DNA of 64,000 nucleotides from Lingula anatina (Eukaryota > Animalia > Brachiopoda). The stretch spans positions 37,206,401 through 37,270,400 of the forward strand of contig CM120641.1 of assembly GCA_051362555.1 (NCBI GenBank), given 5' to 3'. The notes under the pieces are model-generated. The model ran no database searches, had not been told where the DNA came from, and saw only the letters and a list, made by a program, of their open reading frames with translations. Below, in pieces: positions 56,101-64,000 of the stretch. Made by a program: the position numbers and the translations under genes. Positions within the stretch are counted from its first letter, which is position 1. Each line of letters begins with the position of its first letter.

Positions 56101-57820
56101 ATGGATACAATATATATATATCATCCAGGGATGACCCACGTAAAGTGGACTCTCATGGAAGCCGGGGCAGTGCGTTTGAATCCTACAGAAAACCTGTCCA
56201 GTTTGGCATGCCCCACATGGACCAGAACCATGAACGCCAGGGGTCGGGGGAATCGGAACCTGGGAATCACACTGTGGTAGCCACAGCCAGAGGCAGCTTT
56301 GACCACAATGGTGGGGTGCTGGAATCTAAAGAAACTGGTCAGTTGAGAATATTGAATATGACTGTTGTTGTGAATATGTTTGCCTAATTTTCTGTCAGCT
56401 GATAAGCTGTATTTTACTTTACCTATTTCAGGAACAGTATAAAGTTACTTTCATGTTGTAAAATTTGATGTTTTATTTGATTATGTATCCTCATGAACAT
56501 CTTCAGTAAAATATCTTCTTAACAAAAAGTTCTTTCCTTACCTTAATTTTTAGGCACCCCTAAGAGAAAAAAAAAACTTAAAATATAAATGGCACCATTG
56601 GAGAAAGTGATTGTTTGACTCATTCATAGTTACATGCCAAATTAATATGCTAAAGCAAGTCAAGAAAAGATATCAAGTCACAGGCAGTACAAGATTATGA
56701 AATGGTTGCTCTGTAATTTCAGGTGTCAGTATCATCATTCCCAAAGGAGCCATAGAAGAAGGCGTAAAACAAGAAATCTACTTCAAGGTCTGTCAAGACA
56801 ACAGCATCTTGCCACCTCTGGACAAAGAAAAGGGTAAAAAGAAATTTAGATATGCTATGGTTGCACATATATGTCAATGGCAAGAAGTTTACGATGAATT
56901 TTCTCAAGTAAACTTACAGCAAGTATAAAATTTCACCCTGACAAAATTGAAAGATGTATTTAAAGTACTTGAGAATAGGGTTTTAAAAATACATTTTAAC
57001 TTTTAGAGACTTTGTTTCAGAAAAGGACATCTAACTAGCTGTGGTTTTCCAGTTGATTATCAAAATACTCCATAGTGCTTTTAGACTTAGACATGTAGTG
57101 AAGATGGAAAGATGTACTTTGTAGTTAAGGAGTGTCTTGGTTTGTGTTCTAGGCGAGACCCTGCTAAGCCCCCTGGTCATGTGCGGTCCCCATGGCCTGA
57201 AGTTCCAGCAGCCAGTAGAACTGAGACTACCTCATTGTGCCTCTGTCAACCCAGACAGCTGGTCTTTTTCACTCAAATCTACTGACTCTCCTCAAGGGAA
57301 AAGTGAGTAGAATTTAATTTTTGATTGGTTTTTAATGTAGTGAGAATGATATGCGCATCAAAATGAAATGTAAGAAAGATGTTATGATGATTTTTTTTAA
57401 AGAGTACAACCAAACCTTTTACATTTTATTGTGTAATAATTGCATATCAAAACTGGAGAATTGGTGTAAAGTGATTAGTGAATTGATTACCACAATTAAT
57501 GAAAACTGAATTAAATAATTTCACCATATCAGCGCAATCATCAAGATTATAGATTTTTCACATTACCCTACCTTACCTAGCTCTGTTGTTCGTAGTCATT
57601 CTACAATTTTATGCTAAAATGCTGCTGATCACACAGTCATCCTTTAACATTAGATGCGTGTTTGTGATTATAAGATTTCCAAAGGTTAGAAATAATGAAT
57701 CATCCCTCTCTTCCAGCTCATCCCAGTAATTGGCAGAACTTGAGTCTTGCAGGATTAGATGGAATTTCTCAAGGACGTGTTGGCAAGAACAGTGTTTCAG
57801 TGCTAGTTGATCACTTCTAA
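19069..57820 (+). CDS. TJP1: Long isoform of tight junction protein ZO-1 with N-terminal CARD and coiled coil (CARD-CC-PDZx3-SH3-GUK-ZU5), up to ~1693 aa, 35 exons
   Basis: CARD exon 19069-19348 (phase 1), coiled-coil exon 25536-25749 (phase 2) and exon 30257-30374 (phase 0) join in frame to the ZO-1 core exon at 38760 (phase 0). I found no separate terminal exon for the CARD part. The join to the core is inferred from phase only. Confidence 0.72.
20091..20900. repeat. Tandem duplication of a ~400 bp unit with variable poly-G tract
   Basis: Units start TCCATATTTTTCATCAGAATGGCTTGAAAT at 20091 and 20507, and both end CCATTCCCAAAGCCTA...GATCGATCTATCTCCA. G59 at 20387-20445 versus G11 at 20822-20832. 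Confidence 0.9.
20884..21069. repeat. Long imperfect palindrome / rod-like hairpin (~95-bp arms)
   Basis: Arm pairs GGATCGATCTATCTCCAAAGGG/CCCTTTGAAGATGGACCGATCC, GTTAAATTGC/GCAATTTAGC, CATGCCTACTA/TAGTAGGCGTG; centre TAATTAATTA near 20973. Confidence 0.85.
37660..37945 (+). promoter_or_regulatory. Candidate internal ZO-1 promoter and first exon (CARD-less isoform)
   Basis: Inverted GTCACATGAC/GTCATGTGAC boxes around the palindromic CCAATCTGATTGG (about 37666-37708). ATG at 37892 is open to CAG|GTATG at 37945 (phase 0, fits exon 38760). Confidence 0.5.
38760..57820 (+). CDS. TJP1: ZO-1/TJP1 core (PDZ1-3, SH3, GUK, low-complexity region, ZU5)
   Basis: Exons 38760-38807, 40816-40940, 41995-42097, 42462-42546, 42702-42805, 43033-43177, 44142-44363, 44956-45034, 45895-45936, 46579-46729, 47120-47222, 47459-47510, 47704-47874, 48143-48291, 48632-48643, 49746-49796, 50121-50216, 50428-50510, 50804-51014, 51258-51358, 51662-51907, 52088-52169, 52447-52611, 52858-52952, 53285-53517, 53849-54097, 54363-54914, 55593-55733, 56129-56337, 56723-56833, 57153-57302, 57717-57820. 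Motifs: [18 protein letters not shown] (PDZ1), VGIRLAGGN (PDZ3), GDSFYIRVHF...GIIPNKNRA (SH3), [11 protein letters not shown] and [19 protein letters not shown] (GUK), [17 protein letters not shown] (ZU5), C-terminus VSVLVDHF. Confidence 0.96.
40757..40805. repeat. (TTTA)n microsatellite at a ZO-1 acceptor
   Basis: Read directly from the sequence. Confidence 0.9.
41128..41156. repeat. Poly-C tract (29 nt)
   Basis: Read directly from the sequence. Confidence 0.9.
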
Positions 57821-59017
57821 GAAATAACTTTAACTTTCACAAAAAATAAAAATGTGTACAAAAAAAAAAGAAAATGATTCTGTAGATTCTTCGGACAGTT
57901 GATGACATATATATAGGTATATATATAAAGTATATCAAAATATTTATGAAAAAGAACAATGTAGCATTTGTAAAAACAACTCTTATTTTCATATCATGAT
58001 GACAAGTATGTACTTGTGAAATATTCTTTATAAAATGATCAAGTTTGCCCGAATGACATAGGACATCAGCCTTTTTCTTTAAAAGTTATTTTGTAATGAC
58101 TTGGTTAGTGAACTCATTGAACACATTTCATATCTCAGATGCAATATTTCTTGACCAGTCGAATAGATTCCAAAAGATAGTTGTAGTTGCCACAAGAGAT
58201 TATGACTTAACTAAAAAGTTGTATATTTTTAAGTAAAAACAACCTGGAATATTACTGTAGCACTTCTTTTACACCTAATTTTGTATCAAACACTATCATT
58301 ATGATATTTTACATGACATGCATTTACTTTGTTTTTGTCAAAACAAAACTTGTAAATAGAAGTTTTCTTTTTTAAAAAAATAAAAACATTGACAAGTGTT
58401 GTACCCAGCTTTCATGCTCAATGGGGATAGGGCTGTACTTGTCACTTAACTTTGCCAATATGTATGTGCACATATAAAACTGTCTCCCCGGGTGCTTATT
58501 ATGCTGTATAGGGTTAATGTAGGCAGCTGTCTTGAAAACTATTTGTATAGATTGGAGATATTTGAACAAATCAGTAGAAGATTGTACATACGTAGACCCA
58601 CTTTTTTTTACTGCTGTAAAAAACATATCACTCACTTTGCTGAGTATTAACGGAATTTAATCAGACATGTTGGGCTGCTGTAAACGTCTTTTTCTCCACA
58701 AAGCATGCCTTGTGAATTTCACAACTACGACAATTTTGTTGGGCTGCTGATGATTAACCGATTTCTCCTGTGAATAAGCAAAGAGGGTTTGATATAGTGA
58801 TATTTAAGTAGCATATGTTTTGGTGATCACATATCAAGTATGATAATTATATTATCAGGTGACCTTTACAAACGGAGATGCATTCCTCTGCATTGTGTCA
58901 AGCATTCACTATTATGTCTTACTTCTGTGCTGGCTTTAATGTTTGTGACCTATAACCACTGTGACTGCAGTATAACTGCTGTTAAATCTAGACCCATCAG
59001 AAAAAAACATGTTTTGT

Positions 59018-59060
59018 AATAAAAAGAATTATTATTATTATATTATTATTATTGTATTAT
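59018..59060 (+). terminator. Candidate ZO-1 polyadenylation signal followed by (ATT)n
   Basis: AATAAA at 59018-59023 at the end of a ~1.2 kb AT-rich 3' UTR-like stretch, just before the compositional switch to the next promoter. Confidence 0.4.
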
Positions 59061-59681
59061 ACTGTACTTATTAAATAAATATTTTTACATCACCGGAAAT
59101 TATGAGTGTTTTTGGTTTAATTATTAAATTTTAAAATGGATACTCTGTTTGAAGAATATCTGATCTGAGGCCCATATCTAGGAAAATATTTTTTTAAAAA
59201 TTCAAATGACACGAAATAAATTAGGCGTGGTTTATTTATTGTTGATGTTAACGTACAAATGCCAATGTTGCATTGACGAAAAAATCAAATACCAGTGTCA
59301 GCTATTAAAACGTTCTTACAAATTAGATTACTTTGCACAACAGAAATCGATAAGTAAATGAGATAAAGGTGTTCTTTGACCTTTGTAACATGCAGATCGT
59401 GACGATAAGATAAATTGTGTCAAATATATGTACAAGTGGGTACTCAGATACGGTAATAGCCAGAACTGGACACGTTCAGCGGGCAATGTCTACAAAAATA
59501 GAGGGACTATGGTGCTGCCCCTAGTGGTTGCGATTTTTCTGATTGGTGTATTTAAGCCTGGTGAATAGCTTATGTTGTTCAGTGTTTATTTAAGCGACAC
59601 TGGATCAAAATATCTCTGCACCATTCGCCTAGAAACTCATGTAGGAACCTGTGAGGAACTTCAGTTATTGAATACTAAAGG

Positions 59682-62600
59682 ATGGCCGAGAGATCTTTAA
59701 GCACTGCATCTGACACTCAGCTAACGTTTGATGGTGAACCTGAAGAACGGCTGAAAAAAGAGCCCCAGCAGGGGGTGATCGGAGGGGTGCTAGACACTAT
59801 TTGGCGTTTGGGCGCTTGTGCCATAGCAGGGATACTATTTGGTATATTCATGGAAAAAGGAAGAGGTGAGGATGTCTTGAAAATGAGAAAAACGCAGTAG
59901 ATCAAATTGATATGGTGTTTTAATTTGTTTGGCAATCTGCCATGGGCCGAAGTCAGGTGAAAGATTTTTTTTACTCAGTCAATCTTCATATTTTTATTAG
60001 AAAACCCCAAGAAGGAGTGCATTATTATATGCCTTGAATAGTGCGATCAGTTAAAAATTATTTGAATCTTGTCACCGTTATTTAATACAGAAATAGAGAC
60101 GATAAATTGGAAAGTAGATCATTTACGTTGAGTTTACTTGCGGAGCATGCGTACAGGTAACTTGCTATCACGATTTTGTCCGACTTCTACGCCGAAGTTC
60201 CTTTTATACAGAACAAGAAAATCCTTTTAATTCACCTGACACAACACCTTGACTTGAAATATCACCTTCAGTATCAATAGTCAATCGCCATATAATATTT
60301 TAAAGCAAATATGTACATATAACGATATTGTTATTTAAATGAATAAGTTCACCTGCTCGGAACATGTGATTTGTAAAGAGTTCATGTCAGTGTTTATCAA
60401 GCAAGCAGTGCAAACGTGATGGCATGTTCGCACGGTCTACGTTAGCTTCTGACCATTACGGTTGCCTTCCTTACACTGCTGTTGAAATGACGGAGTTCTT
60501 GAATATAATATCAAGGCCTAGTGAACGTCCCATTTAAAAAACTTAACTTTTTATTATGTCCCGTTTTTTTTTAAATCATCACTAAAATATAACAATTTTT
60601 AAAAATATTTTTTTGTTCGAAAAATACCCACCATGTAAAGAATGGTTGTCCCCGTTTTATTTTCGTTGAGTTCCTTTTGTAAGCAAACCCTGCGTATTTT
60701 TACGATTTTAAAAGAAGCACTTTGTAAAGCTTCATTATGTTGATCTTTTTTCGAAGATAGTTTCGTTGATTGTCAAGCTCCACCGTATTGAGTGTGCAAA
60801 TCTTTTTGAAATGTGAGAAACAGTATACGGGTACCATTCACTTTACAAAATCTACCCAAACGCGTAGGTTACTGGCCCACATCTGATAGGAGAGCATACC
60901 TGTGTGAACCCGTTCACATTTACAGAAGTAAAAAATGCCTAATGTGTATTTGATGTATATAGGTTATTATTCTTTTCCCTCGACGCGAAGAGACACGTTT
61001 GAATACTGAATTAATGTTACATTACGCATAATGGTAAAGCCCTTCCCTGTCTGCTCGTTGTGATGGAAGTCAGGTTTTATGCGATTATTTGCATTATGTT
61101 GAGTAATGTGCAAGACTAAGTTTGATCATTCCATTGTTACGCTAATATCAGGTGCGCAGGAAACAAATTTCAAGTGCACATATGACTGATATGCTTGAAA
61201 AAAGTGACTATGGATAGAGATTTGTTTCCTGACGATTTATTTCAGATTAAGTTTCAACTACATTCAGTCAAACAGTAATGCCTTTTTGACGCCACAACGA
61301 TTTTTTTCTGCACTTTTAAAGTTAAAACTGCAACAGCTCTAATAGCCCCAAGGGTTGTTCCAGATATCTCCAAATATACAGTCCAGGTCAATTCTTTCAG
61401 TCGACTTCTGATTTGTTTTCAGTGTTTGAACCGAAACACATTCGATACCAAATGGTGTTCACGAATTTCATAATGCTGAAGATGTTTCTCTCAGCAGTTG
61501 CGACAGGTAAGAACGTTAACAATATAGTCGTTGGGCATCAGTGTGTGTGTGTGTGTGTGTGGGGGGGGGGGGGGGTATTTAAAATCTTTACCGAACCAAT
61601 ATTTGCGATATTGATTAACAAACGTGAGAATCTTGATAACTTACTTTTAAACGAATGTCATCGGGTTTGGCAAATCTCTCTATACAACCGTATTGTTGTT
61701 CAGTCTATTTCAAGACAAATAAAAAGTAAAGAATAAAAGATATTGCATTTTACGTTTTTAGGGCAAATTTGCTTGGGAATATTTTACCTCATTCCGCAGT
61801 TAAAAGAAAGATTCCACAAAACCATGACAGCTTATACTGACGTGTTTGCTACTAAGGGAGTTTTGACCAGCATTCTGGGAGCTTTCACCCTCGGTGTGGG
61901 TATGACTCTGTCTGGGGCGGTAAGCACAGCCTTTAAGTTTAAAATACATTTTAAAGTTGTTTGAACCTAGTACTTTTACTCACTTCAGGAAGGGCAGGTG
62001 AATCTGCTTGAGTGAAATCAGCATTTTGAGAAAACGACATGAAGTTTTAGACCTTATCTGTAAACAATAGAAAATATCTGTATGCTTTGATAAACGAATG
62101 CTTGAAGTCCACTGAAGGGGGATCGGTATATATATGTTATAAGGCGTACTTTTGTCTCTCCAGTGCCCAGGAATGGTCTTGGTCCAAGTCGGCTCATGGA
62201 CTCCAAATTCTAGTAAGTCCGTTTATCTTCCAAAAACCATACTATTTAAATATCCTAAACTCCCACTTTCAACTTCTGCTGTCCGAATTTTTTTCAAATT
62301 TTATTAAGAAAATATTCTCTGCACTTATTATTTTTCTTTTATGCATATGTTGAGTTTTTCTTTATTTTGTATCTAAAACGTGTTATTTCAGTTTTTTCAC
62401 TTATTGGCGCTCTTACCGGAACTCTACTGTACGGCTTGTTCGCTCCGTGGATTATTCGTTTCTCTCGGCCGAAAAAACCTTTTCAAAAACCAACGTAAGG
62501 CTATCATGTTGCATTTAAACTTAAAACTTAATAACACTGTAAAAATGGATCAAGATGATTCACAATCCCCACTTGAAGTATGTTTTCTGTCCTCGGAATG

Positions 62601-63913
62601 TTTCAGTATTCAATCAAGTACGCAGTGTTCAATAGTAATTTATTGATTTATAATATTTTAATTTAAAGTCATTAATTTTGATATTCCTTATATTTTTTTA
62701 TTTTGATTGGATTCTAACGAAGTTAGGCTATGTTTGCAGTGTTCATGAAAGATTCAACATTCCATTTGCCGCACTTGCCATCCCAATGGCGGTAGCTTTG
62801 GGAGTAGTGGTGTTCGTCATCGAATGGTTCAGACCGTGGAACTCCCTTCTTGAATTAAGTGTGAGTCTTTAACTATGAAATATCACCACTTTCTCATGTT
62901 GATTTGTCAGATAGATCCCTCCTCTATTGAGATACAGCTATATTATTGTGGAATAAGTTGACTAAAGCAGCAAATATTTTGTAATGCGTTAAATTCCTTA
63001 GGAAATAAATTATTGACATTTGGGCGTGCATATACCTACTTTTGCGTCATCAGTTCTTGGCATGATATAAAATGAAATTGCCTTCTTCTTGAATTCATTT
63101 GTTTCTTTCATATTTACAGATTCCGAATAATCCTGATGCTGATATAGTTACAGTAAGAGCATGGCCGCCATATATTTCAGGTAAATGAGCAGTGTCTTTA
63201 ACATGAGTATATTGCGTTAGATGCTACTCTTGAAATATTGCGGTAGAGGTCATTAAGATTTAATTGCGGTAGATTGGGAATATTTTTGGATGCATCACCG
63301 AGGAAGATTAAGTGTTGTAATAAAAATAACGAATATCTGCCACTCCGTTACAATTTTTGTCCGATGACAAAGAAGAAGATTTTACTATTTTAATCTTAAA
63401 AGCAAAGGTACTTCACGTTAACTCTATTGACATAAATTGGTAGCAATGAAAGTGGCAAAAAGTTCTACAAATTCTGAGAAAACATTGCCTTATGGCATGA
63501 TATTCGTTGCAAAATTCAATGTTGTAATATTAATGTTAGATGGAACACATTTATGTAAGATGTTACATAATTATATACGATTATTAGCATACCCAATGGC
63601 ATTCTTAAATTGTTAAACTTTTGCCTCTTTTATACTCTTAATATGTAAAGAAACATTATCAAAATCCGAATGTATTTTTGATGTATTTTAAGAATCATCC
63701 TTTGTCTCTAAGAGAAAACCTGAAAATTTTCCCTTACCTACAGGTGCGCTGATAGGACTTTTACAGATCGTCATCGTGCTGGTCGTCGATGACACATTAG
63801 GTGGTAGTAGTGCTTACGTCACAGTGGTGTCGCAGTGGGTGGTCAGTGAAAAACTGCAGGAGAAATTCCCATATTTAGCCAGAGCAAGGACTGGGATTGG
63901 GAACTGGTGGCAG
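59682..63913 (+). CDS. YeeE/YedE family (thiosulfate transporter TsuA-like / Sulf_transp) multipass membrane protein, 3' truncated by the window end
   Basis: Exons 59682-59865, 61423-61506, 61762-61919, 62164-62212, 62392-62494, 62740-62860, 63120-63180, 63744-63913, all GT-AG with consistent phases. Motifs: AGILFGIFMEKGRVFEPKHIRYQMVF..FIMLKMFLSA, LGAFTLGVGMTLSGACPG (family GxCPG), WPPYISGALIGLLQ, TLGGSSAY, NWWQ, plus many Gly-rich hydrophobic helices. Confidence 0.85.
61542..61575. repeat. (TG)n followed by poly-G
   Basis: Read directly from the sequence. Confidence 0.9.
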
Positions 63914-64000
63914 GTATGCAGGTTGATTGCCTGGTCCTAAAATCTGTGTCACAATATCCGAAACCAAAAATATTCAATAAAGGACTTTTAAATATAAATT

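Noticed and set aside
59512-59530. CTCF-like GCTGCCCCTAGTGG between ZO-1 and the YeeE-like gene
   Set aside because: One base short of the consensus spacing; cannot be supported from sequence alone.
1-64000. CRISPR arrays, tRNA/rRNA genes, transposase or reverse-transcriptase ORFs, U12-type introns
   Set aside because: None seen. There is no repeat-spacer structure, and all assembled introns are ordinary GT-AG.

Overview
AT-rich, intron-rich animal genomic DNA, not prokaryotic. It is most likely a bivalve mollusc such as an oyster; this is an inference from gene content, intron style, poly-G/C tracts and gene-body CpG depletion. I assembled five spliced genes by hand from GT-AG boundaries with consistent phases: (1) an extended-SDR/NAD-dependent epimerase-like gene (minus, 13 coding exons, 2402-7482); (2) an A20/AN1 zinc finger gene of ZFAND5/6 type (plus, 9016-11562); (3) LEO1 of the PAF1 complex (minus, 13265-18768), carrying a 19x SGSASPAR repeat; (4) a ~39 kb ZO-1/TJP1 gene (plus, 19069-57820) whose upstream exons add a CARD and an ERD-repeat coiled coil in phase with the PDZ3-SH3-GUK-ZU5 core, with several candidate alternative first exons, cassette exons and a candidate truncating last exon; (5) an intron-containing YeeE/YedE (TsuA-like) sulfur-compound transporter (plus, from 59682, running off the window). 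The non-coding features are two inverted MITE copies, a foldback insertion with flanking direct repeats, a ~400 bp tandem duplication next to a ~200 nt rod-like hairpin, and two divergent CpG-rich promoters. Most short ORFs in the supplied track are intronic noise or exon fragments. All splice models are unverified by transcript data.
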